Shown here piece by piece: positions 1 to 9,114 of a DNA stretch of 24,011 nucleotides. The notes under the pieces are model-generated. The model did no database searches, had not been told where the DNA came from, and saw only the letters and a list, made by a program, of their open reading frames with translations. The position numbers were made by a program, and so were the translations under genes. The stretch is from a virus (lineage: Duplodnaviria; Heunggongvirae; Uroviricota; Caudoviricetes): IMG/VR virus record IMGVR_UViG_2744054854_000003, positions 1-24,011 of that record; one strand, written 5' to 3'. The stretch's first letter is position 1; each line of letters opens with the position of its first letter.

Positions 1-97
1 TGCTGCTCAGCTAAACAACAGACCGAGAAAGACACTGAAGTTCAAAACACCGAAAGAGATAATTGAAAGGGGTGTTGCATTGACAGATTGAATCTAC

Positions 98-433
98 AGT
101 AGCCTTTTTTAATATTTCATTTTCCATTTCAATACGTTGTAGCTTTTTCCTGAGCTCACGGATTTCAATTTGTTCCGGGGTAATGGGGGAGGCTTTTGGT
201 GTTTTTCCCTGCCGCTCATCACGTAATTGTTTCACCCATCGCGTCATTGTGGAAAGGCCGACATCCATAGCGCTGGCTGCATCTGCCACGGTGTAATTCT
301 GGTCAACGACCAGTTGAGCGGATTCGCGTTTAAACTCTGCGCTGAAATTTCTTTTTTTCATTATGGCACCTGTGTTGTTCTGAGGTGAGCATATCACCTC
401 TGTTCAGGTGGCCAAATTCAGTAAACCACTTCA
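98..433 (-). mobile_element. IS3-family (IS911-like) left-end fragment with the 5' part of orfA
   Basis: Minus-strand ORF reads [29 protein letters not shown]...EILKKAT, which I recognise as an IS911/IS3-group OrfA N-terminus. A terminal TGAAGTGG (reverse complement of 426-433) resembles an IS3-family inverted-repeat end. Protein similarity stops abruptly after KKAT near position 98, so the element is truncated. Confidence 0.6.
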
Positions 434-747
434 GAGGGAAACGTTCAAAAGCAACCGCCGGGAAAATGAAGGCTGAAGGGCAGAAAAAAGGTTATCCGGA
501 CATGAGTCTCGATAAAGCATGCGGTATTTATCACGGCATGCGAATTGAGCTTAAAGAACCAAATGGTAAAGCCCCGACGAAAGAGCAGATCGCCTGGATG
601 CGCAGGCTTAGAGAGGAAGGTTACTACGTCGTTCTTGCGTATGGTGCAGAACAAGCGATAACCGCCATCCTGGAATACATAAGCCTTAAAAAGGGTGAGG
701 CTATTGAGCATGTATTGAACGGCGACAAGTGGTTGTATGCTGCTTAA
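434..747 (+). pseudogene. VRR-NUC-like nuclease domain protein, 5' end replaced by the IS terminus
   Basis: ORF 385-747 contains a GYPD...IELKEPNGK...Q..W segment resembling the VRR-NUC (PD-(D/E)xK) core. The first 16 codons of the ORF lie inside the IS terminal repeat, so the native N-terminus is missing. Confidence 0.4.
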
Positions 748-752
748 AATAA

Positions 753-769
753 TAAATTAATTAGTGCAT
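753..769 (-). promoter_or_regulatory. C1 operator-like site (weaker match, TTAGTGCAT variant)
   Basis: Reverse complement ATGCACTAATTAATTTA, about 13 of 17 positions matching the P1 C1 operator consensus ATTGCTCTAATAAATTT (consensus from memory). Confidence 0.3.
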
Positions 770-813
770 ATGTGCTCTTTGATATAGCGCACATTAACAT
801 CGGGAGAATAATT

Positions 814-969
814 GTGTCATCCAAGGCTAATTATGAATCGCTGGCATCGATCATGCCGCGTAATGAACAGGAAGCAGATGCTGTAGTGGACCCGGTAATC
901 GCTGAAATGAATGCTCGCCTGGAGGCTGAATTTGCAGCTGAGAATGAACATACCACCCAGGGCGACTAG
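814..969 (+). CDS. Small hypothetical protein (about 51 aa)
   Basis: GTG at 814 preceded by GGGAG with about 8 nt spacing, in frame with track ORF 772-969. No recognisable domain. Confidence 0.3.
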   Translation: MSSKANYESLASIMPRNEQEADAVVDPVIAEMNARLEAEFAAENEHTTQGD

Positions 970-1573
970 GACTGTTTTTTGTGTCGGTAGCGGTCCGTCA
1001 CTCACTCGTGAGGACTGTGCTGCTATAGAAAAAACTGGCTGTTCAATCATCGCGGTTAACAATTCCTGGCAGATGTTCGATGACATTTATGCCTTATACG
1101 CCGGTGATTTGTCATGGTGGAAGCAATACGGATCCACCATACCGGGAGGGAGATTCCGCAAAGTGACAGCCAACCTGGCGGCGGCGAAATCATTTTCGTT
1201 GGAGTACAGGCGATATTGTGGACCGGCTGAAGGGGTTAATAGCGGCGCGCAGACTATCAGTCTGGCGGCTGAATCAGGGGCTGAAGTAGTTGTATTAGTC
1301 GGCTATGACTGTTCTCTGCAAAACGGCCTTCATTGGCATGGAGCACACCCTCAAGCCCTACGGAATCCTACGCAGGTGTCTATTTCAAAATGGCAACAGC
1401 AGTTCCTGGATACCCGCAAAAAACACGCAGATTTACATATTTTGAATGCAAGTAGGAGCAGTGCAATTCAATGTTTCCCAAGAATAAATTTAGAGGCAGT
1501 GATCGCGTTATTATCGTCGGCAGTGGCCCAAGCGCCGCAAACTTTGTTGCGCCGCGCGGAGTGCCGATTATAG
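944..1573 (+). CDS. Hypothetical protein, paralogue A of a tandem pair (GSGPS...IAVN...LVGxD motifs)
   Basis: Track ORF 911-1573 with a likely start at ATG 944 (MNIPPRATRTVFCVGSGPS). Shares an ordered motif set with the next gene. A Rossmann-like or DUF115/MptE-like fold is a tentative guess only. Confidence 0.5.
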   Translation: MNIPPRATRTVFCVGSGPSLTREDCAAIEKTGCSIIAVNNSWQMFDDIYALYAGDLSWWKQYGSTIPGGRFRKVTANLAAAKSFSLEYRRYCGPAEGVNSGAQTISLAAESGAEVVVLVGYDCSLQNGLHWHGAHPQALRNPTQVSISKWQQQFLDTRKKHADLHILNASRSSAIQCFPRINLEAVIALLSSAVAQAPQTLLRRAECRL

Positions 1574-2097
1574 CGGTCAATGGGGCCATCGACTGGCTGA
1601 ACCGCGCTTCTTATTTTTTCACACTTGATCCATCGCCAGACAATATGCGGCGCGTTGGTCGTGGCCGCCGTCGCCGTGGTGTTTGTTATTGCATGGCACT
1701 ACCCGATGTTAAAGAACGTGAAGTCAGAGATGGCGTTCTGTGCTTCCGTCGTGTGGCTGAACGCGGCACAGAGCCAAAAAATACGAATTCTCCCGAGTGG
1801 TGGGCGTGGCGCTGGTCCGCACATTTCGGCCTTTGCGAAGATGAGAATGAAATTTCCAGCGGCAATAGTGCATATGGTGCTCTGAACCTGGCTTTCCATA
1901 TCGGATTCAAACATGTAGCCCTTGTGGGCGTTGACGCTACGCAAGAACTACGCGTTCACTCCGGCGGCACGCCAAAAAATCTAAGTCACCTGCCTTTGTT
2001 ATTCCAGTCTGCGCGTGAACAGATTGACGTTGTTTCATGCGGGAAAATGGGAGGTATTCCGCAGATGACTCTTAAAGAATGGCTGAAGAATACATGA
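1471..2097 (+). CDS. Hypothetical protein, paralogue B of the tandem pair, with an Arg/Gly-rich insert
   Basis: ATG 1471 preceded by AGGAG with about 11 nt spacing. Motifs [18 protein letters not shown] are present, with an extra 34-residue stretch ([12 protein letters not shown]...) relative to paralogue A. Overlaps the end of paralogue A by 103 nt in a different frame. Confidence 0.5.
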   Translation: MFPKNKFRGSDRVIIVGSGPSAANFVAPRGVPIIAVNGAIDWLNRASYFFTLDPSPDNMRRVGRGRRRRGVCYCMALPDVKEREVRDGVLCFRRVAERGTEPKNTNSPEWWAWRWSAHFGLCEDENEISSGNSAYGALNLAFHIGFKHVALVGVDATQELRVHSGGTPKNLSHLPLLFQSAREQIDVVSCGKMGGIPQMTLKEWLKNT

Positions 2098-2771
2098 TGG
2101 CACCCACAATTTATCACCGTATCGACGGTACCAAATACAGGAATGTCTGGGTTGTTGGTGATCTGCATGGTTGCTACACCAGACTGATGTCCGAACTCCA
2201 TCGTGTGGATTTTGACCCGGCGCAGGATTTACTGATATCGGTCGGCGACCTTATCGATCGCGGTACTGAAAATGTCGAATGTCTGGAACTATTGCAGATG
2301 CCCTGGTTCAGGGCAGTGATGGGGAACCATGAGCGGCTGATGATTGATGCGTTAAGTCCAGATGGCAACGTGAATAACTGGCTAATGAATGGCGGACAAT
2401 GGTTCTTCATGCTGGACACTGATCAGGAAATATTAGCCTGGGCGCTGGTGGAGCTGGTAAAGCGTCTGCCCTATATCATTGAGTTGAACACCGGGCAAGA
2501 AACTATCGTTATAGCCCATGCCGACTATCCGGATAATGAATACCAATTCGGTAAGGAGGTGCCGCTTTTCAACGTTGTCTGGGCGCGCGAGCGTATCAGT
2601 GATTCGATGGATGATATTGGTGGCGAAATTTCGGGCGCAGATCGTTTTATCTTTGGTCACACTCCGGTGAAAAGCCCGAAGACATTCTGGAATCAGCAGT
2701 ATATCGACACTGGTGCCGTATTTTGCGGAAACCTGACATTGATGAAAGTGAAAGGTGATGGTGCAGCATGA
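2094..2771 (+). CDS. ppp: Ser/Thr protein phosphatase, lambda-PPase-like metallophosphoesterase
   Basis: GDLHGC, GDLIDRG, GNHE and GHTP motifs, and strong resemblance to lambda phosphatase as I remember it ([15 protein letters not shown]...). Start 2094 taken as an ATGA overlap with the upstream stop; the track start is 2079. The symbol is by analogy to P1 ppp. Confidence 0.85.
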   Translation: MMAPTIYHRIDGTKYRNVWVVGDLHGCYTRLMSELHRVDFDPAQDLLISVGDLIDRGTENVECLELLQMPWFRAVMGNHERLMIDALSPDGNVNNWLMNGGQWFFMLDTDQEILAWALVELVKRLPYIIELNTGQETIVIAHADYPDNEYQFGKEVPLFNVVWARERISDSMDDIGGEISGADRFIFGHTPVKSPKTFWNQQYIDTGAVFCGNLTLMKVKGDGAA

Positions 2772-3469
2772 AGATTGCTTTAGTTTTTCGCTCTGGTGGT
2801 GACTATAACGCTTCCGATGTGCAGTGGCTGGTTAATCAACTGCCAAAAGGCTATGAAATTATTTGCCTGACAGACCTGAAGCGTTTACATGTACCTGGCG
2901 TCAAAGTTGTCCCATTGATCAACCAGTGGCAAAAGTGCCGTGGCTGGTGGGCGAAAATCGAGTTGTTCCGACCGGATATAACAGATGATCTGTTCTATCT
3001 GGATTTGGACACAGTTATTGCCGGTGATATACGCCCAATCCTTGAGAATCCACCAACCAGCTTCACCATGCTTAGGGATTTTTACCATCCACAATATCGT
3101 GGTAGCGGTGCCCTGTGGATACCAAATAGTGTAAAAGCGCATATCTGGAGTTCATTCTGGCAAGATCCGGAAGGTTGGATTTCTCGTTGTGTCACTACTG
3201 AGTGCTGGGGTGATCAGGGGTTCTTACGGAAGGTTATGGGCGATGATACACCAGCATTTCAGGATCTGTATCCAGGATGGTTTGTAAGTTACAAGGCCGA
3301 TGTTGTGGAACCTGGTTCAAAATATGCGAGCGCGCGTTACTCCAGGGGGAATGGGGCATTACCAAAGGACTGCCGAATAATCTTTTTCCACGGCAAACCG
3401 CGACCTCGCGAAGTGTCAGAGGATTGGCTTCCCCTTATTAGCTCGTTTTTTGAGCGAGAATCAGAATAA
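2768..3469 (+). CDS. Hypothetical protein (pmgQ position), possible glycosyltransferase-like DxD motif
   Basis: 233-aa ORF whose ATG overlaps the ppp stop (ATGA). Contains YLDLDTVI, reminiscent of a nucleotide-sugar transferase DxD motif; this is weak evidence. Confidence 0.55.
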   Translation: MKIALVFRSGGDYNASDVQWLVNQLPKGYEIICLTDLKRLHVPGVKVVPLINQWQKCRGWWAKIELFRPDITDDLFYLDLDTVIAGDIRPILENPPTSFTMLRDFYHPQYRGSGALWIPNSVKAHIWSSFWQDPEGWISRCVTTECWGDQGFLRKVMGDDTPAFQDLYPGWFVSYKADVVEPGSKYASARYSRGNGALPKDCRIIFFHGKPRPREVSEDWLPLISSFFERESE

Positions 3470-3470
3470 T

Positions 3471-3536
3471 ATTGCTCTAATAATTCCATATTTTTAAAAC
3501 GTGATGTACACTCATCACGTTTTTTATTAGAGCAAT
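3471..3536. promoter_or_regulatory. Two inverted C1 operator matches flanking a hairpin
   Basis: ATTGCTCTAATAATTCC at 3471-3487 on the plus strand, and ATTGCTCTAATAAAAAA on the minus strand at 3520-3536. Between them sits a hairpin (AAAACGTGATG / CATCACGTTTT, 3496-3523) followed by a T-run. Confidence 0.6.
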
Positions 3537-3550
3537 CCAAAAGGTGCACT

Positions 3551-3769
3551 ATGTGGCCATTCCGACGGAAATATCACTACTGGCTGATCGCCTTTGTTAC
3601 GCCGACCGGCGGTATCAGGCATGTCATCACCAGGTATCGCAACAAGAGACTCACCTTAGCCAGAATTTTACAGGCTGCCATAGGTGAGGGACTGGATACA
3701 AATTGCGTAGTCCTTCCTCCTTCATACTTAGGAAAAATGACCGAAGCACAAGCTAATACGGAACTTTGA
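3551..3769 (+). CDS. Small hypothetical protein (72 aa)
   Basis: ATG preceded by AAGGTG; ends 1 nt before the next start. No domain recognised. Confidence 0.35.
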   Translation: MWPFRRKYHYWLIAFVTPTGGIRHVITRYRNKRLTLARILQAAIGEGLDTNCVVLPPSYLGKMTEAQANTEL

Positions 3770-3770
3770 A

Positions 3771-5033
3771 ATGAGCACTTCAGCACAAAACCAATCAATC
3801 GAAAATGTATCTATCCCTGATGTCCTGAATGCCGGTATCCCGGCCATTATCCAGAACATCCGGGCCGCGCAACGCCGCGTTAGTTGTGATGACCTCACAG
3901 CACGTTTTTTTGATAATGCGGTTCAGTCAGCGGAGATGCTTCACGCACAGCTTATTGATGTTTATAACGCAGAAGCTGATAGCCATAACTCCCTGGTAGA
4001 TGCAGCTGAAAATATGCAGTTGGATCTCGGTCTGAAGGGTAAAGAAATTGAAGAGCTTCAGCTGGAAATTGAACATTTGAAACGCCAGCAACAGGACGCG
4101 ATCGACGATGCGACGCATGACGCCAACCAGCGTGCTGATAATGCCGAACGTATAAGCATTGAGCTGGAAACAAAACTCAATGAAATGACCGCGATGGTTG
4201 AACTGCGGAACTCACAGATTTCAACGCTAAAATCTCAATATAAAGAGATCATGAAACTTGATCCTTTTAACCTTGAGAAACGCTATAACAAAGCTAAAAG
4301 CGAGCGACAGGAACTGCGTAAGCAGGTCGCTGACCTTAACCAACAGCTCAAAAAAACTATTAAAGATGCAAGCGAAGCGCGCGTGGCATTTGCTAATAAA
4401 AAAGCAGAGGTTACTGCGCTGGTTAATGAGAATGCCAAATTTGCGACGCTCAAGAAGGAAATGTATGGCATTACTGAGCGCCGTTTCCCTGCAAGCAAAC
4501 TTCATCCGACGTTAGGGCAAATCTCCTTCTTCCCGCGCCTCCTGGCTTATGGGATCTCATCGCCTAAAGAGTTCAATAACGAGCGTCCTTATATCGTTTC
4601 TAAGCTGGACTTTGCTTATCAGTTCTGCTGCGACATGGGCTATGCCATTGATATCCGGATCAACGAATGGCTGATGCCAAACTTCCAGCCGTTGGCCATT
4701 TTCCGCGAGTTCCAGCCGGAAGGTTGGGTAGAGTTCTTCCATGAATTGATCTGTAAAGAGATGGAAAGCCGCCGCCCGGAACTGGTCCGTCGAGTTGAGT
4801 GGGCGCAAGAGGTTATGTTGGCAGAGGCAGAGCTGCCGTTCGAACCGGAATTTATTGATAATCTGGCAGCTAAAGGGCTGCATACCCTGTTTGATGTGGT
4901 TACCCGCCGTCATGAGCAGTTGGTTGTCGAATTGGGTTTAGAGGAAACAGCGGCAAGAAGACTTCTCGATGTTTGCTATGCACGTAGCGATGCATGGGAA
5001 AAAGAGAACGGCGGCACTATTTACGTTCGCTGA
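3771..5033 (+). CDS. Hypothetical protein with a coiled-coil-rich N-terminal half (420 aa)
   Basis: Long ORF with heptad-like charged composition in residues about 60-230 (LQLEIEHLKRQQQ..., QELRKQVADLNQQLKK). The C-terminal half is unrecognised. Confidence 0.6.
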   Translation: MSTSAQNQSIENVSIPDVLNAGIPAIIQNIRAAQRRVSCDDLTARFFDNAVQSAEMLHAQLIDVYNAEADSHNSLVDAAENMQLDLGLKGKEIEELQLEIEHLKRQQQDAIDDATHDANQRADNAERISIELETKLNEMTAMVELRNSQISTLKSQYKEIMKLDPFNLEKRYNKAKSERQELRKQVADLNQQLKKTIKDASEARVAFANKKAEVTALVNENAKFATLKKEMYGITERRFPASKLHPTLGQISFFPRLLAYGISSPKEFNNERPYIVSKLDFAYQFCCDMGYAIDIRINEWLMPNFQPLAIFREFQPEGWVEFFHELICKEMESRRPELVRRVEWAQEVMLAEAELPFEPEFIDNLAAKGLHTLFDVVTRRHEQLVVELGLEETAARRLLDVCYARSDAWEKENGGTIYVR

Positions 5034-5105
5034 TAGTTACAGTGTCACTTTTAATGCTGGTGGAGTGCTCCCACCAGCATTTTTTTCGTCCAATGAGGAG
5101 GGCAT

Positions 5106-5612
5106 TTGAGTATTTTCAATAAACACGCACACCAGGAACGTCCGTACATCGTCATAGTAGATATTGATGGGACGATATCAGAGGCAACGGAAGACAGGCT
5201 GCATTTACTTCCACCACCTGGCAAAGGTGCATTAACAGAGCACTGGAACGAGTTTAACCTTGCCTGTGACACTGATGCTCCCATCACTCCAGTTATTGAT
5301 ATGGTGCGCCAGTTATTTAACGTTTACACGGTCTGGTTTGTAACCGGGCGCTGTGAGATCGCAAGGGATAAAACACGAGCCTGGCTGCGGAAGTACGTAA
5401 CAAACGGGGCTGAGCCTTTGCTATCTATGCGTCCTGCCACCGATGACAGAAATGACGGTCCAGCAAAGATTGATCTCCTGAAGAAAATTGGTCTAAGTAA
5501 AATTGCGTTCGCGCTGGAAGATAAGATTGAAGTGGCGCGTGTGTTCAGGAGTCATGGCGTACTTACATTAATGGTCAGGGAGTATGAAAATGCGCTTCTT
5601 CATCAACAATAA
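5106..5612 (+). CDS. HAD-superfamily phosphatase-like protein
   Basis: TTG start preceded by GAGGAG with 6 nt spacing. N-terminal VIVDIDGTIS matches the HAD DxDG(T) motif I; motif II-like VWFVTGR follows. Possibly equivalent to P1 pap, by position. Confidence 0.6.
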   Translation: MSIFNKHAHQERPYIVIVDIDGTISEATEDRLHLLPPPGKGALTEHWNEFNLACDTDAPITPVIDMVRQLFNVYTVWFVTGRCEIARDKTRAWLRKYVTNGAEPLLSMRPATDDRNDGPAKIDLLKKIGLSKIAFALEDKIEVARVFRSHGVLTLMVREYENALLHQQ

Positions 5613-5628
5613 TTGTTCTAATAAATCT
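5612..5628 (+). promoter_or_regulatory. C1 operator-like site
   Basis: ATTGTTCTAATAAATCT, 15 of 17 matches to the consensus. It overlaps a possible -35 TTGATT (5627-5632) with a -10-like TAAAAA 17 bp downstream. Confidence 0.5.
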
Positions 5629-5650
5629 TGATTTTTAAAACAGAGAAAGT

Positions 5651-5683
5651 AAAAATAAAAACATGCCGCAAGGCGCGGCATGT
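5651..5683 (-). terminator. Rho-independent terminator, effective on the minus strand (hsdR operon end)
   Basis: 8-bp GC-rich stem CATGCCGC / GCGGCATG with a 5-nt loop. On the minus strand it is followed by a long U-run (plus-strand AAAAATAAAAA at 5651-5661); the plus-strand side has only TTT. Confidence 0.6.
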
Positions 5684-5710
5684 TTCCAATCAATCACAGG
5701 AGCTGAAAAT

Positions 5711-5797
5711 ATGAACACGGCATTCAAAATCATTATGGCCGCGATCTATTTCTGGCTGTTCTCTATCACTTTTGACGGCATCGTCGCGCATGGGTAA
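5711..5797 (+). CDS. Candidate small hydrophobic peptide (28 aa, MNTAFKIIMAAIYFWLFSITFDGIVAHG)
   Basis: ATG at 5711 with AGGAG at 5698-5702 (8 nt spacing). A single predicted transmembrane-length hydrophobic stretch. Below the ORF-track size cutoff; unproven. Confidence 0.3.
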   Translation: MNTAFKIIMAAIYFWLFSITFDGIVAHG

Positions 5798-5876
5798 GGG
5801 GAGTATATTAGCCATTTGGAACCCCACGAGCTCTTGCGGGTTTAATTAAGAACCCGCAAGAAAAACACGAATTGGG

Positions 5877-8800
5877 CTATATTTTTCCGCCTACGCCTTT
5901 AAACTTCTCAATAAACGAGACGATTTTCTGGAAAACTGCCTGTTTTTTCGTTTTATATTGCGGATTCAACGGACTAAGTTTTGGTAATGTTTCGTTTAAT
6001 TCTGTGCCATTTTCGGTGGCGTATTCGCGTTTTAAAGACGTGCGAATATAGCGTTTTGCTGCATCTTCATTGAGATTTTCTTCTTTTATCAATGCTTCTG
6101 CTTCACGTTGCTGTTCGCGTTGAGCAAACGTAAAGAATGCCTCAATGATACTGGCTTTGTCTGGTAAATCATCCAGGTTCGTTTGCTGAATAAAATCGAC
6201 CACCAGGCCCTCTTTCGCCCGGTTCCCCAGGCTTGAACGAATTAAGCGTTTGACCTCTTCGATCATTTCGCCCTTGCCTTTATTTTGTCTGTTGTGTTCG
6301 AAAATCAGTCCAAGGATATAATCCAGGTTTATTTCCTGAGACTTCAGCAAATCGACCTCAAAAACCACGTCATCCCAGTCAGTGGTTGATTTTTCTTTTT
6401 TATCAGCTTCTTTCTCGCGGCGCTGCCAGTCGCGAATATCGTTATAGGCAGAACGATAATCCTGAATCTTGCGATCAGCAGGGAGACGAATTGTTTGCAA
6501 TTCAGCGAACTTTTCATCATCCACATAATGTTCTGCTTTGAATTTTTCTACCGCAACAGGATCGCTAAGATCGATTTGTTGCAGGGCTTTTAGCGTGGCA
6601 AATTCATCATAGTTTTGCAGGATGTTCTCGGCACGCAGGTATTCGCCAAACAGTTTAACGAAGTCTTTCTTCTCTTTTTCACTTTCAATACTGGTAGGGT
6701 CAGGGAACCGTTGTTCCAGTTCTGAAACTACTGTCATGAAGCCGCGTTTAGCTTCACCAGTAGCAGCATCAGTAAAGCCTTCCATATACTCTGTATAACT
6801 CTTTTCTAACACCACATTTTTGGTGTTTTTGTCACCAAACAGCGTTATGGCATCAATAGTTGAGCGTTCCAGATCCCGGAAAGTGACGATATTACCGAAG
6901 GTTTTAGTTGCATCATAAATACGGTTGGTGCGGGAAAATGCCTGCATCAGGCCGTGAAAACGCAAGTTTTTATCGACGAATAGCGTGTTCAATGTTGGAG
7001 CATCGAAGCCGGTTAAAAACATCCCCACGACAATTAGCAGATCGATATCCTGATTTTTAACCCGCTGGGCTAAATCACGATAGTAGTTCTGAAAACCGTT
7101 ACTGTCGGTGCTGAAGTTAGTTTTAAAATGGCTGTTATATTCACGAATTGCAGCGTCCAGAAACTCTTTAGCACTGCTGTCCATTGCGCTGGTATCAAAA
7201 GTTTCATCGGAAATTTCACCAATGGCATTTTGTTCTTCATTAGCGGCAAAGGAGAAGATTGTCGCAACACGCAGCGGTTTATAGGTAGCCGATTTATTAG
7301 CGGCTTCCTCTTGTAACCGTTTAAACGTCGCATAATAGGCTTTTGCAGCATCCACGCTGCTTACTGCCAACATAGCATTAAAACCTTTTGAGCCAGGGAA
7401 GGTACGGTGGGTTTTCTGGCGGAAATTATTCAGAATATATTGCGTGATTTCCTGAATACGCATGGGATGAAGAAACGCCTGCTGATTTTCAGCCGCACTT
7501 AGTTTTTTCTCGTCAGTTTCTGTCTCTAAAGACTTAAACTGTGGCCGCACATCGTTGTAGTCCACCTTGAATTTGAGCACTTTTTCGTCACGAATCGCAT
7601 CGGTAATTACATACGAATGCAATTCACGACCAAATACGCTGGCGGTTGTTTCTGAGCCTAAGGCGTTTTCCGGGAAAATAGGGGTGCCGGTAAAACCAAA
7701 CTGATAATAGCGTTTGAATTTCTTCTTCAGGTTTTTCTGCGCTTCTCCAAACTGGCTGCGGTGGCATTCATCAAATATAAACACCACTTGCTGATTATAT
7801 ACAGGCAGGTCGCTTTCTGCTTTCATCAGGTTATTGAGTTTCTGAATAGTAGTGACGATAATTTTGTTATCGTCCTTATCCAGATTTCGTTTAAGGCCTG
7901 CGGTATTTTCCGAGCCGTTGACGCTGTCTGGCGAAAAACGCTGATATTCCTTCATGGTCTGGTAATCGAGGTCTTTCCTGTCGACCACAAAGAAGACTTT
8001 ATCAATAAAGTCCAGCTCTGTTGCCAGACGCGCGGCTTTAAAGCTGGTGAGGGTTTTACCAGAACCGGTAGTGTGCCAGATATACCCACCGCTTTCCGGT
8101 TTTGACCAGTTCTTCGCTGTAAAGGAACTCTTAATTTTCCACAGAATGCGCTCGGTGGCAGCAATCTGGTACGGTCGCATCACCAGTAGTGTCTGACTAC
8201 TGTCAAACACGCTGTAGTTCACCAGAACATTCAGCAGAGTATGTTTCTGGAAAAAGGTGGCGGTAAAGTCTTTGAGGTCTTTAATCAGCGTGTTGTCTGA
8301 TTTCGCCCAGTTCATGGTGAAGTCAAAACTGTTTTTATCGCGCTTTGTCGTGTTGGCAAAATAACGGGTATCGGTGCCGTTGGAAATGACGAACAGCTGC
8401 AGATACTTAAACAGGGAATTTTCGCTGTTAAAACTCTCTTTACTGTAACGATGTATCTGGTTGAAAGCCTCACGAATCGCCACCCCGCGTTTTTTTAGTT
8501 CGATTTGCACCAGCGGTAAACCATTAACCAGGATCGTGACGTCATAACGGTTAGCATGAGAACCCGTCTGTTCAAACTGCTGGATAATCTGCACCTTATT
8601 GCGCATGAGATTCTTTTTATCTATCAAATAGATGTTCTCAAGTCGCCCGTCGTCAAAAATAAAGTCGCAGATATAGTCGATATGGATTTTACGGGTTTTA
8701 TCCAGAATACCATCGCTGGGGTTGTCCAGATACTGCTCCGTGAAGCGCCGCCACTCGCTGTCATTAAACATCACACCATTGAGGCTCTGAAGCTGTTCCC

Positions 8801-8993
8801 GAACATTGGACAGCATTGCCGACTGTGATTTTACGGAAATAAATTCATAACCCTGATTCCGCAGGTCCTGAATCAGTTCACGTTCCAGGTCCGATTCGCT
8901 CTGGTAGCTGTCGCTTGTTTGCTCAGCTTTGATGTACTTATCAAGGACGATAAAGTTATTGGATTCAGCAATGGTGTGTGTTTGATGAGTCAT
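5877..8993 (-). CDS. hsdR: Type I restriction enzyme R subunit (1038 aa)
   Basis: Walker A ([12 protein letters not shown]) and DEAD-type box ([12 protein letters not shown]) helicase motifs. The length matches EcoR124I HsdR as I recall it. Has its own upstream intergenic region of 121 bp. Confidence 0.9.
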   Translation of the reverse strand: MTHQTHTIAESNNFIVLDKYIKAEQTSDSYQSESDLERELIQDLRNQGYEFISVKSQSAMLSNVREQLQSLNGVMFNDSEWRRFTEQYLDNPSDGILDKTRKIHIDYICDFIFDDGRLENIYLIDKKNLMRNKVQIIQQFEQTGSHANRYDVTILVNGLPLVQIELKKRGVAIREAFNQIHRYSKESFNSENSLFKYLQLFVISNGTDTRYFANTTKRDKNSFDFTMNWAKSDNTLIKDLKDFTATFFQKHTLLNVLVNYSVFDSSQTLLVMRPYQIAATERILWKIKSSFTAKNWSKPESGGYIWHTTGSGKTLTSFKAARLATELDFIDKVFFVVDRKDLDYQTMKEYQRFSPDSVNGSENTAGLKRNLDKDDNKIIVTTIQKLNNLMKAESDLPVYNQQVVFIFDECHRSQFGEAQKNLKKKFKRYYQFGFTGTPIFPENALGSETTASVFGRELHSYVITDAIRDEKVLKFKVDYNDVRPQFKSLETETDEKKLSAAENQQAFLHPMRIQEITQYILNNFRQKTHRTFPGSKGFNAMLAVSSVDAAKAYYATFKRLQEEAANKSATYKPLRVATIFSFAANEEQNAIGEISDETFDTSAMDSSAKEFLDAAIREYNSHFKTNFSTDSNGFQNYYRDLAQRVKNQDIDLLIVVGMFLTGFDAPTLNTLFVDKNLRFHGLMQAFSRTNRIYDATKTFGNIVTFRDLERSTIDAITLFGDKNTKNVVLEKSYTEYMEGFTDAATGEAKRGFMTVVSELEQRFPDPTSIESEKEKKDFVKLFGEYLRAENILQNYDEFATLKALQQIDLSDPVAVEKFKAEHYVDDEKFAELQTIRLPADRKIQDYRSAYNDIRDWQRREKEADKKEKSTTDWDDVVFEVDLLKSQEINLDYILGLIFEHNRQNKGKGEMIEEVKRLIRSSLGNRAKEGLVVDFIQQTNLDDLPDKASIIEAFFTFAQREQQREAEALIKEENLNEDAAKRYIRTSLKREYATENGTELNETLPKLSPLNPQYKTKKQAVFQKIVSFIEKFKGVGGKI

Positions 8994-9114
8994 AGCGCAT
9001 CCTTTGTGCCGCCTGGCAAGAGCCGGAAGGGCGTTAAGAGTGACTTCCGGCGCGTAAAAAATAGTCTATATACTGACCGGGTGTTAAGGTGGCCCGATCG
9101 GTAGCAATGGTCAA

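Noticed and set aside
1-97. Sequence left of the IS truncation point
   Set aside because: Too short to assign. It may be the 3' end of a gene or another IS remnant; no call made.
3927-4505. Minus-strand and alternative-frame ORFs inside the 420-aa coiled-coil gene
   Set aside because: The repetitive coiled-coil coding sequence generates open alternative frames; no start signals.
7761-8105. Plus-strand ORFs inside hsdR (also 7128-7316 and 8556-8828)
   Set aside because: They are antisense to a well-supported long CDS and show no start signals; typical shadow ORFs.
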